64,000 nucleotides of DNA from Spirochaetia bacterium (GTDB lineage Bacteria; Spirochaetota; Spirochaetia; DSM-2461), in assembly GCA_963666985.2 (NCBI GenBank), contig CAXXIA010000002.1:2816001-2880000 (forward strand). The letters are read 5' to 3'. Both the position numbers and the translations under genes were made by a program. This document shows positions 1 through 8,060 of this stretch, piece after piece. Numbering within the stretch: position 1 is the stretch's first letter; every line of letters starts with the position of its first letter. Below the pieces are notes generated by a model, which searched no databases, had not been told where the DNA came from, and saw nothing but the letters and a program-made list of their open reading frames with translations.

Positions 1-508
1 TGCGGTGTTCAATGGCATCGGGAGAGTCGTCGAAGTTCGCCAGGTGCTTCATCCCGATTAGCATGGGGAGTCCGCTGATCTGATTTAGCAGGTGTCTCAC
101 AGTTATCTCGGCAGAAGAATCTGAGTTGGCTGTTTCGAACCACGGCAGATACTTCTGTACCGGAGAGTCCAGATTTACCTTCCCGGTTTCGACAAGCTGC
201 ATTACTCCCATGGCGGTAAATGACTTGGTCAGCGACCCTAGGATGAATGGTGTCGTCAGAGACGGTTGCTCTCCATCCGGTCGAGCTTCACCGTAACCAT
301 GGAAATGGACGATCCCTGAACTTTCGACAATCGCTAATGCTGCTCCGGGGATATGCAGTTGTTCCAGCTTCCCGTCTATGTAGTTGTCAATATATTCATA
401 GGGGTTTACGGGATTCATTTTTTCGTCTGCTTCAAGAGGTGTAAAAGAGCAGAGAAACAGGATAAATACTGTAATTACAGAGCGGTGACTAAATAAGTTT
501 ATTTTCAT
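1..508 (-). CDS. serine hydrolase / class C beta-lactamase-family protein (runs off window start)
   Basis: Manual minus-strand translation from ATG 508: MKINLFSHRSVITVFILFLCSFTPLEA (signal peptide)...IPGAALAIV...FILGSLTKSFTA (SxxK)...VQKYLPWF...ITVRHLLNQISG. Absent from the ORF track because it is partial. Confidence 0.85.
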   Translation of the reverse strand, partial: MKINLFSHRSVITVFILFLCSFTPLEADEKMNPVNPYEYIDNYIDGKLEQLHIPGAALAIVESSGIVHFHGYGEARPDGEQPSLTTPFILGSLTKSFTAMGVMQLVETGKVNLDSPVQKYLPWFETANSDSSAEITVRHLLNQISGLPMLIGMKHLANFDDSPDAIEHR

Positions 509-549
509 CTTTCATCTTCCTGGTTTTTTGAATGGATAGTTGTCACTAC

Positions 550-1107
550 TCAGATATTGGAAGTTCCGATCGAACTCTTTTGACTGATTAACCTTGAATG
601 CAGGATATCGACGGAGTCTCCAGTCAGTTTATTTATATCAGCCGCTGTAATCCTGTATTTGGAGGTATCATTCCTGTTCGGCTTCGGTTTTGAAGGAAGC
701 AGGTCTGCGATATGCAGGTCTATTACAGCGGCAGGTTCCATCCGGAGCTTACTGGTGAGTTCTTTAGCGATTTTTGGATTCGATCCGTCGGCACCTCCGC
801 TGATGGAAATAAAAGCGTAGGCACCTATTGCCCTCTTCAGACGCTTCATACATGCCCGCATAGGAGATGCTATGCATCCCATCCATATCGGAGCGACGAA
901 TACGATTGTTCCATCAGGGTCTATTTCTTCATATGCATAATTCACTTTTGGGATGCGGTTTAAGAGCATGTCGACAGTCGTTTTCCAGATGGTTCTTTCC
1001 TCCGTTTCTGTTATTCGAATGTGTTTTGCATCAAGTGCTTCAGCAAGGCTTTGCGCCAGGGAGTCGTTGTTTCCCGTCAGGGAATAAGAAATAACAGTCG
1101 CTTTCAT
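550..1107 (-). CDS. flavodoxin-like protein
   Basis: N-terminal YSLTGNN FMN phosphate-binding loop and APIW motif. Confidence 0.7.
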   Translation of the reverse strand: MKATVISYSLTGNNDSLAQSLAEALDAKHIRITETEERTIWKTTVDMLLNRIPKVNYAYEEIDPDGTIVFVAPIWMGCIASPMRACMKRLKRAIGAYAFISISGGADGSNPKIAKELTSKLRMEPAAVIDLHIADLLPSKPKPNRNDTSKYRITAADINKLTGDSVDILHSRLISQKSSIGTSNI

Positions 1108-1149
1108 TTTTTTTCATTCCTTCATCTTGTGTTTATTGCCGGATGACCT

Positions 1150-2226
1150 TCATACGGATGCGATTAGAGAACAGATATCCTTGCCGGCAGGGCAGAGGAA
1201 CGAACAGGCCCCACAGCGTGTACAGTCGTTCCTTCTCTCTTCCGGGACTTCGCCTCCTTTTGCGATTTCGGCAACGATGTCTTCCACCGGGAGGCCGGCA
1301 GGGCAATGCCCGGTGCACTGCCCGCAATGATGGCAGTCTTTTTCGGAAAAATCGGCAGTATCACCGACGGCAATCAGGTTGATACCGCTGCTCAGTATTT
1401 CGCTCCCTTCTGCGGAAATGCCCTGCATGATTCCTCCGCCGAGATAAAGCCGGTCATTCCGTCCGAAGACCTCATTGGACAGCTCGCCAACCGAAGTGTC
1501 CATATCGCACTCGACGATCACGGCGTGTCTGCGGTCCAGGTCCGCCATGGTTATGTATCTGCGCGGAGGCGCGCCGGTCAGGAAGGCATGAAGGACGAGC
1601 AGGGACTGAACGTTCTGGACCCAGATTCCTTTATCGGCGGGATACGTACCCTTTGGATATTCGATGCCGAGGAGCCAGGATACCAGCCTATTCTCTTCAC
1701 CTGCGGGGTAGGTATCCGGAACGTCTATGCATGTTACGCCTTCGATCTTCATCGATGGAGTTCCGGTTTTTTTTGCAAGATAGATACCCGATAATCCAAA
1801 GGCGGAATGGAGGATTCCTGAAACCCTCTCCAGCTCTTTCTGTTTGTTCTCGAGAATCCATTTGTCGTGATACAGCCCCGGATCGCACTCAACGCCGTTT
1901 ATAACAAGAACCGGCTCGGGATTCCCGGAATTCAGGACGGTCTCCAACTTGTCCGCCATGGCAAACCCGGCGCCTCCGAATCCTCGGAGATTGTTCGCTT
2001 TCATTGCCGAAAGAATCTGCGCCCGGCTTGATTGAAAGACGGCTCCCGTAACCTCGCCGTTATTTCGGTGCGAGACCATGGATTTGAATTCAATCGTTTT
2101 CGCGAATCCTGGAATGTACAATTCCTTGATGTTTCCGGTTCTCTGGAATTTCGAAAGGATCATCTTGAGAATATCCAGAAATGAATACTTCTTGCGAATG
2201 AGCGGCTTCCTGTTTCCATCTGTCAT
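1150..2226 (-). CDS. stand-alone RnfC-like NADH/FMN-binding 2x[4Fe-4S] protein
   Basis: LRGFGGAGF, INGVECDPG and YPAGEE motifs; C-terminal CHHCGQCTGHCP and CTRCGACSFLCP; start placed at ATG 2226 behind GGAGG. Confidence 0.75.
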   Translation of the reverse strand: MTDGNRKPLIRKKYSFLDILKMILSKFQRTGNIKELYIPGFAKTIEFKSMVSHRNNGEVTGAVFQSSRAQILSAMKANNLRGFGGAGFAMADKLETVLNSGNPEPVLVINGVECDPGLYHDKWILENKQKELERVSGILHSAFGLSGIYLAKKTGTPSMKIEGVTCIDVPDTYPAGEENRLVSWLLGIEYPKGTYPADKGIWVQNVQSLLVLHAFLTGAPPRRYITMADLDRRHAVIVECDMDTSVGELSNEVFGRNDRLYLGGGIMQGISAEGSEILSSGINLIAVGDTADFSEKDCHHCGQCTGHCPAGLPVEDIVAEIAKGGEVPEERRNDCTRCGACSFLCPAGKDICSLIASV

Positions 2227-2520
2227 GTTAATTCCTCCATTACTTCGGATAATCCCGTCAAAGCGGGACTTGATCCGGATGACTGGAGGGACTATATGCA
2301 AACTTGAGTTTTGAATCGTCCATCGCTATCCAAATGGACGTTTGAAATTTGTTCAGTGAAATCCATTGTGGTGTTTCCCACTGGAAGTATTGGGTAGTTT
2401 TAATGTCGAATGGGGTTAGATATAAAAAAAGCTACACCACGGGTAAAAAGGGCGTCAATACTGGCGTTAGTGATTTACCGGTGTTCAATGGATGGACATC
2501 TGCCTTATTATTAAATAAGT

Positions 2521-2817
2521 ATGACAACCTTGGACCAGATTACACGAATCCTGTCTCAGAAAAAGCCGATTCTTGCCCAGGCGGGAATCAAAGAGATAGG
2601 TGTGTTCGGTTCATATGTTCGTGGAGAGCAGCGTCCTGACAGTGATCTGGATGTCCTGATTGATATTGAGCGACCGGTGAAAATGGATCTGCTTAAACTG
2701 ATTGATCTGGAACAGGAGCTTTCTACGGATCTTGGGGTTTCCGTTGATCTTGTCTTGAAGTCAACACTAAGACCGTCTCTTGGTAAATCGATTCTTTCCG
2801 AGGTCTTATACCTATGA
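2521..2817 (+). CDS. minimal nucleotidyltransferase (MNT, antitoxin-like)
   Basis: 98 aa with FGSYVRGEQRPDSDLDVLI (GS..DxD) signature. Confidence 0.9.
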   Translation: MTTLDQITRILSQKKPILAQAGIKEIGVFGSYVRGEQRPDSDLDVLIDIERPVKMDLLKLIDLEQELSTDLGVSVDLVLKSTLRPSLGKSILSEVLYL

Positions 2818-3017
2818 ATCTGAATGAAATAAAAATGGACCGAAGCTGTTTGAAAGTCGGCAGTCATGCCGATTTGGAAAGAGATGACTGCGAGTATTGG
2901 GCAAATGCTTCGGATCGTGAGCGATTCGAAACCATTACCTATCTCAGGGAGTGTTTCTATGGCGAAGAGGCCACTACCGGACGACTTCAGAGAGTTCATC
3001 GAGTGTTTAAACGATAG
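2814..3017 (+). CDS. small hypothetical protein, probable partner of the downstream nucleotidyltransferase
   Basis: ATGA overlap with the MNT stop; 67 aa, YW...ERF...LR pattern. Confidence 0.55.
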   Translation: MNLNEIKMDRSCLKVGSHADLERDDCEYWANASDRERFETITYLRECFYGEEATTGRLQRVHRVFKR

Positions 3018-3411
3018 CGATGTTCAATACCTTCTTGTCGGCGGTTGGGCTGTAGGCCTCTATGGAAATCCAAGGCTTACGAAAGATATCGATTTTCTGA
3101 TAGGTGTCGATGAGATCAATATTCAAAAACTCCAGGAAGCATTGCATGCTTTCGGTGGTCCAACTGTGGAAAATTCTGTGTTTACTGATCCTGGGAATGT
3201 CTTTAGGATGGGAAGTTCTCCGATACAGATTGATATTATCAATCGAGCGGACGGTGTTGATTTTTCCGAGTGCTACTTGAATCGTAATCTTCTGAAGTTT
3301 GATGACCTGGAAATTTCCGTTATCTCTCGAAATGATTTAATTCGTAACAAGAAAGCTTCCGGCCGACATCGCGACCTCGGAGATGTCGAGTTTCTCGAGA
3401 AGGCTGAATAA
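2959..3411 (+). CDS. nucleotidyltransferase-fold protein (DUF6036-like)
   Basis: YLLVGGWAVGLYGNPRLTKDIDF and C-terminal KKASGRHRDLGDV; start placed at ATG 2959. Confidence 0.8.
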   Translation: MAKRPLPDDFREFIECLNDSDVQYLLVGGWAVGLYGNPRLTKDIDFLIGVDEINIQKLQEALHAFGGPTVENSVFTDPGNVFRMGSSPIQIDIINRADGVDFSECYLNRNLLKFDDLEISVISRNDLIRNKKASGRHRDLGDVEFLEKAE

Positions 3412-3528
3412 AATCTTTCGGTTTGTGGCTTTTTTCTTTACTGACGTCAGTAGTAAAAGCGCCTAAATGCAAAAAAGAGTACTTGCTTGTCAGGTACCTT
3501 CCAATCGTTTGCTTTTAAGTCTTGGTTG

Positions 3529-4118
3529 CCTGGAAGAGGACTCTCCCTACGATCGGCAACGTCCTGTTGCCTTTCTCCGGGCGCTGGTTCGGCCTTTCGG
3601 CGCCATCGTGGCGTCTCAGCGTCCGCAGGACGCCGGCCTCACCCTTCGAGTCCTCTTCCACCGGCGCTTCACCTAAGAGTTCATGGAAATCATGAAGGCA
3701 CAAAAAAACCGCTCTCGAATAAGAGCGGTAAATACCTGGAAGAAGACTCTCACCCTCTGGTCGATTTCGTCCTGAAATCTCCCGGCGGGCCGCCTTCGTT
3801 CGCTTCCGCGGTCATCCTTGACCGCTCATCCTCGCTATCGCTCGGCGCTCACACCGGAGGTTCTCGTCTGTACTCGCAAGAAAAGAAAAGCCCCGACAAC
3901 CTTGCGGCCATCGGGGCTTTTCTATGCCTGGAAGAGGACTCTCACCCTCTGGTCGATTTCGTCCTGAAATCTCCCGGCGGGCCGCCTTCGTTCGCTTCCG
4001 CGGTCATCCTTGACCGCTCATCCTCGCTATCGCTCGGCGCTCTCTCCGGAGGTTCTCGTCTAAACACACAAGAAAAAGAAAGAGCCCGGCAACCTTGCGG
4101 CTACCGGGCTCTTTCTAA
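3529..4118 (-). repeat. tRNA-linked tandem repeat array; 3 units, each ending in a copy of the tRNA-Leu 3' end
   Basis: CCTGGAAGA(G/A)GACTC recurs at 3529, 3735, 3927 and in the tRNA at 4121 (spacing 206, 192, 194); units 3735-3926 and 3927-4118 are nearly identical. Confidence 0.92.
4073..4116 (-). terminator. intrinsic terminator-like hairpin after tRNA-Leu, with related copies at ~3884-3923 and ~3702-3729
   Basis: Minus strand reads AGAAAGAGCCCGGTAGCCGCAAGGTTGCCGGGCTCTTTCTTTTT. Confidence 0.75.
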
Positions 4119-4202
4119 TGCCTGGAAGAGGACTCGAACCTCCACGACCTTGCGGTCACTAGTCCCTGAAACTAGCGTGTCTACCAATTTCACCATCCAG
4201 GC
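4119..4202 (-). tRNA. tRNA-Leu (anticodon CAG)
   Basis: Reverse complement GCCTGGATGGTGAAATTGGTAGACACGCTAGTTTCAGGGACTAGTGACCGCAAGGTCGTGGAGGTTCGAGTCCTCTTCCAGGCA: acceptor stem, CTAGT/ACTAG anticodon stem, long variable arm, GTTCGA T-loop; CCA not encoded. Confidence 0.97.
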
Positions 4203-4216
4203 GGAAGACGAGGTTG

Positions 4217-4245
4217 AAAATACCGGGAGGGGCGGGTTTTGTCAA
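4217..4245 (-). promoter_or_regulatory. sigma70-type promoter of tRNA-Leu
   Basis: TTGACA-N17-TATTTT on the minus strand just upstream of the tRNA. Confidence 0.65.
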
Positions 4246-4337
4246 TATGATTCGTTTTCGGTGCGTTTTGTCGGCGGAAGAATAAAGAAGGCGGGATAGG
4301 CTGCTGCGAGTTCGGATTAGGAGGCAGGCTTTTCATG

Positions 4338-4368
4338 AAAAAGCCGCGGCGGGCCGGCCCGCCGCGGT
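4338..4368 (-). terminator. intrinsic terminator of the nuclease gene
   Basis: CCGCGGCGGGC/GCCCGCCGCGG stem followed by a T tract on the minus strand. Confidence 0.75.
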
Positions 4369-4398
4369 GTGGTCATTTAAAAAATCAAACGGATTGAT

Positions 4399-7300
4399 TT
4401 ACTGAACGCTGTGGCTTCCGAGGTAGTCCCAACAATCTTTATCGTAGACAATCCACTCGGAGTCATCCGTATCGGTTCCCGCGGAGGTGCTCCAATCACC
4501 GGCGTTACCGGTAAGTACGGACGGCTTTCGAACCAGGGTGTGGTCCTTGGTGGCCGACGCGGTTCCCGCGACTTCGGCTTCGGCTTTTTCACCGAAAATG
4601 CCGATTTGATCGATGATGCTGCCGGAGGCATCCAGAAGTCTCATGCAGTCGTCTCCGTTGAAATTGACGGCCGAGCTTTCAATATCGGTTAATCCCAAGA
4701 TTGTTGAACCGGATTGAGGATTGGCGATAACCAAAACATCATTCGCGGCCAGTTCTTCGGTAAAGCTGTACGAAGCGGTTTCGGTGGTGGACCCGTTTGA
4801 GTAGAGCACCAGGGTGTATCCGTTCAGATCCACGGTTTCGGAACCCGGATTGTAGATTTCCACGTACTTGTTGTAGCTCGAACCCTCGCCGTATTCGGAG
4901 AAGAACAGGGTGCCGTCCGTTGAGGATGAGCCGGAATCGAAAGAGAAGGCGGCGACAACCGGGTCGTGGTCGGACTCGCGAACCTGGGAATCGTATTCGG
5001 CATAGCGGTGAACGATATCGACCTGAGCATTTTTCATCAGGCCCGATGTGGCCAGGATGTGATCCAGCTGCTGGCAGTTGCCGTAGTAGAAATAACTGTA
5101 CCGTTCGTTTTCGTCGAGAAGCTCTTCTGTGACGCTTTCAATCGAAGCTTCTTTCAGGATGTCCAGAGTTTCGGAATAAGAATAATCGTTCAGGTCGCCC
5201 AGGACGATAACGTTCGCGTCCGCGTCGATATCAAGGATGTCGTTCACGAAGTCGCGGACGGCTTCGGCCTGAATATGACGTTCGGTTTCACTGGAGAACA
5301 CGGGCGGCTGGTTCTCACCGAAGATGTAGTCGTCGCCGCTCTTGGAGCAAAGATGATTGTTCACCAGGAAGACCTTCTCGCCGTTGAACTCAAACTGGGC
5401 GGCCAGAGGACGGCGGCTGTCTTTAAAAGAGTCAACGGAGAAACGTCCGGGGTTAAGGGTGAGTGAAGGACCATCGCCGTCATCGACCACTTCGGTTTCG
5501 GTGGAGGCCATGGGTGTGCCGGCGGCCGTGAATCCGACTCGGGAAGGATTGTAAAGGTAACCCACCCGGATGTTGGCGCCTTCCCAGCCGCCCTCATCGT
5601 TATTGTTGGGTGCGATTTCCAGGTATTCATACGAGGGGCCGCCGAGGCTTACGACGGCATCGATTATGGACTGAGCGTTATCGGCGGCGCCGACCGTACC
5701 GTCGTCGTCGCTGTAGCTGTCGTCGGTCATTTCCTGAAGGCCGATGATATCCGGAGCGTTCAGAGCGGTTGCGATGGTGTATGCGATGTCTTCGATTTTG
5801 GCCTGAATCTCGGAAGAGTTCATGGACTCATCATCCCGGGGAAAGTTCAGGATGTTGAAGGTGGCCACGACAAGATCGTTTTCATCGGTTTCCAGACCGG
5901 AGGTTTCTTGTTCCACGGGATTGGAAACAAAGCTGGGCACTTCGGTCGGAAGCAGCATGAAGAGGCCGTAATCGTAGCTCATCACGCCCGTAACCGGCGA
6001 GGTGAAATAATCGCCCAGTCCGGCCGAAAGAGTCTCCAGGCCCAGGATGTCCGCATCGTAATCGATGTACAGAAGCTGGGGATTTACGTTGTCTTCGGTT
6101 CGAATGAGTCCGCCGCGGGCGGTGGCCGAATCATAAGTTACGCCGGCGGGGATTACGGGGATTTCGCCATAGGTGGTTGCTCCGATAACCACCGGATTGT
6201 CGAATTCCACGCGCATGCTTTCCAGGCTTTCAAAGAAGTCGATGGCATCTTCATCGGGATCGAAAACACTGTCGTAAACTGTTTCGACGGCATCGTCGCA
6301 GACTGTTCCGGTCGGCGGAAGGATTCCGTCTTTTCCGATGACGACGGCATCGGGCAGGGGGTAATCGGTGCTGATAACTTCAACGGTCGGGTAGGTGAGC
6401 TCGGTCAGCTTCAACTGTCCGCTGTAGCCGTATTCTTTGACGGTACCGTCCACGAGAACCAGATCGCCCACTTCCTGAGAATGGGAGGAGTAGGTATAGA
6501 CGTAGATTCCTTCACTGGTGGATGAATCGCCGTCTCCGGCCGGACTCTGCATCCAGAAGCCGGAATCTTCAACGGCGGTAACAACGCCGAGGACATCTTC
6601 GATGGTTTCTCCAACCATGGGACTGGTGTGTGAGGCGCCCTGGACTTCGGAGATTTTGATGTAGCTGGATACTTCGTCCGAAACGTAGACGCTGAAGCCT
6701 GTGGAACCGGCGCGGCTGCCGTCGGAAGAAAACGCGGCCAGATCAATGCGGTAGGTTCCCTCTTCATCTTCCATGAAGATGTACGCATCTCCCTGCCGGA
6801 CGGCTTCTCCCATGAGATACCAGACATAGCTGACATCGGAGAGATCTTCTTCAACGGAAGCCGAAAGAGCCATGGGCTCGGAAACCCCGATGATGTCGGA
6901 AGCGTTCCCGATAACGGGAGTCAGAGGATTTTCAAGGTTGACGTCGATGGCGACTTCAATGGAACCGCCGTTGATGTTCGCGTCGGTGAAATCAAGCTCA
7001 CCGGTTGTGGTTTGATCGGTGATGATTCGGACGATTTCCATCCAGCCGAAGCATAAGTAATCGTCATCATAGAGAGAGACGCTCAGGCTGTAGTAGCCGG
7101 CGTCCAGGGTTGTTTCACAGGAGGCGACTGCACCGTCGATGGTCATGTCAAGGGTTGTTGTTCCATCGGAATTGAGAAGCGAGGCGTTGAGAAGTGGAGT
7201 TTGAATCTCGGTTTCATCCCAGAAGACGCTGAGGGACAAGGTTCCTTCGCCTTCCAATGGCCGGATGTTTAAAACAACCGAAACTCTTTCGCCTGAATTG

Positions 7301-7644
7301 AGTTCCACGGTTGCCGAAGCACCGCCGATGAGAATACCGTCGGCATTGTAGGCCGCGGCACAGATGGTGTAGGTGCCGAAAACCAGGTCGTCCAGTACAA
7401 TGTATCCGTCCGGTTCGACATCATACTCACTGCTGCCGCCGTTGGGCGAAGTGACGGTTACCGTAATGAGTTCGGCGTCCATGGACACTTCCGGTGCCAT
7501 GGTCAGGCCAAGCGAGTTTTGGAAGCTGATGGTGAGGGCCGCATCTCCCGAAGCGGCTTTGCTCAGAGCTCCGCAGGACGAGAGGACCAGAAGCACGGCG
7601 CCTGCCGTCAGCAGTCCACCAAAACGATTTTTCAATTTCTTCAT
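4399..7644 (-). CDS. secreted lipoprotein nuclease (OB-fold + endonuclease/exonuclease/phosphatase domain + lamin-tail domain; ExeM/NucH-like)
   Basis: Lipobox LSSC; ISEVQG..SP, ATFNILNF, IIGLQE, GDLND, LDHIL and SDHDPV motifs; C-terminal LFFSEYGEGSSYNKYVEIYN; GGAGG before ATG 7644. Confidence 0.88.
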   Translation of the reverse strand: MKKLKNRFGGLLTAGAVLLVLSSCGALSKAASGDAALTISFQNSLGLTMAPEVSMDAELITVTVTSPNGGSSEYDVEPDGYIVLDDLVFGTYTICAAAYNADGILIGGASATVELNSGERVSVVLNIRPLEGEGTLSLSVFWDETEIQTPLLNASLLNSDGTTTLDMTIDGAVASCETTLDAGYYSLSVSLYDDDYLCFGWMEIVRIITDQTTTGELDFTDANINGGSIEVAIDVNLENPLTPVIGNASDIIGVSEPMALSASVEEDLSDVSYVWYLMGEAVRQGDAYIFMEDEEGTYRIDLAAFSSDGSRAGSTGFSVYVSDEVSSYIKISEVQGASHTSPMVGETIEDVLGVVTAVEDSGFWMQSPAGDGDSSTSEGIYVYTYSSHSQEVGDLVLVDGTVKEYGYSGQLKLTELTYPTVEVISTDYPLPDAVVIGKDGILPPTGTVCDDAVETVYDSVFDPDEDAIDFFESLESMRVEFDNPVVIGATTYGEIPVIPAGVTYDSATARGGLIRTEDNVNPQLLYIDYDADILGLETLSAGLGDYFTSPVTGVMSYDYGLFMLLPTEVPSFVSNPVEQETSGLETDENDLVVATFNILNFPRDDESMNSSEIQAKIEDIAYTIATALNAPDIIGLQEMTDDSYSDDDGTVGAADNAQSIIDAVVSLGGPSYEYLEIAPNNNDEGGWEGANIRVGYLYNPSRVGFTAAGTPMASTETEVVDDGDGPSLTLNPGRFSVDSFKDSRRPLAAQFEFNGEKVFLVNNHLCSKSGDDYIFGENQPPVFSSETERHIQAEAVRDFVNDILDIDADANVIVLGDLNDYSYSETLDILKEASIESVTEELLDENERYSYFYYGNCQQLDHILATSGLMKNAQVDIVHRYAEYDSQVRESDHDPVVAAFSFDSGSSSTDGTLFFSEYGEGSSYNKYVEIYNPGSETVDLNGYTLVLYSNGSTTETASYSFTEELAANDVLVIANPQSGSTILGLTDIESSAVNFNGDDCMRLLDASGSIIDQIGIFGEKAEAEVAGTASATKDHTLVRKPSVLTGNAGDWSTSAGTDTDDSEWIVYDKDCWDYLGSHSVQ

Positions 7645-8060
7645 TATTCCCTCCATGGGTGATATCGGTTATCTCATTATTAATCCGATTACTGAGTTTT
7701 TTTAGGTTATAATTGAATGAGAATTCAGTTTTTTTTGTTTGAGGATGATGAAGCATGGATGACCGGGCGGATTGATGGCATTGCTTGGGTATCGGCGGGC
7801 GGCATCGGCTTCCGGTGGGTTATGGCGGATTACGGCGGTTCGGGGAGGACCGTTCGTTCGCGGCGAAGAGACGCAGTACCCGAAAAGGCTTAAGGCGGCT
7901 CGCGGCGGGCGCCCAGGGGTCGGGAGGCGCGGAGCGCCTGCCCCACAACAAATCATTGGAATCTCACGGATTAAATGCGCAGATTTCTATAGGTGACTCG
8001 ATGCCGTCTTATCTCCGTACATCCTTGCCATGAACGGAAAGGATCGCTATCGTGGCTTTC

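Noticed and set aside
3529..4118. Extra tRNA genes in the repeat units
   Set aside because: Only the last ~16-18 nt match the tRNA; no D-arm or anticodon arm can be folded.
3529..4136. Possible CRISPR array (short repeat recurring four times)
   Set aside because: The period is ~190-205 bp, two 'spacers' are almost identical, the repeat is the tRNA 3' end, and no cas genes are present.
3487..4299. 270 aa plus-strand ORF with an internal duplication
   Set aside because: It is antisense to tRNA-Leu and the repeat array; the peptide repeat only reflects the 192 bp (multiple of three) DNA repeat.
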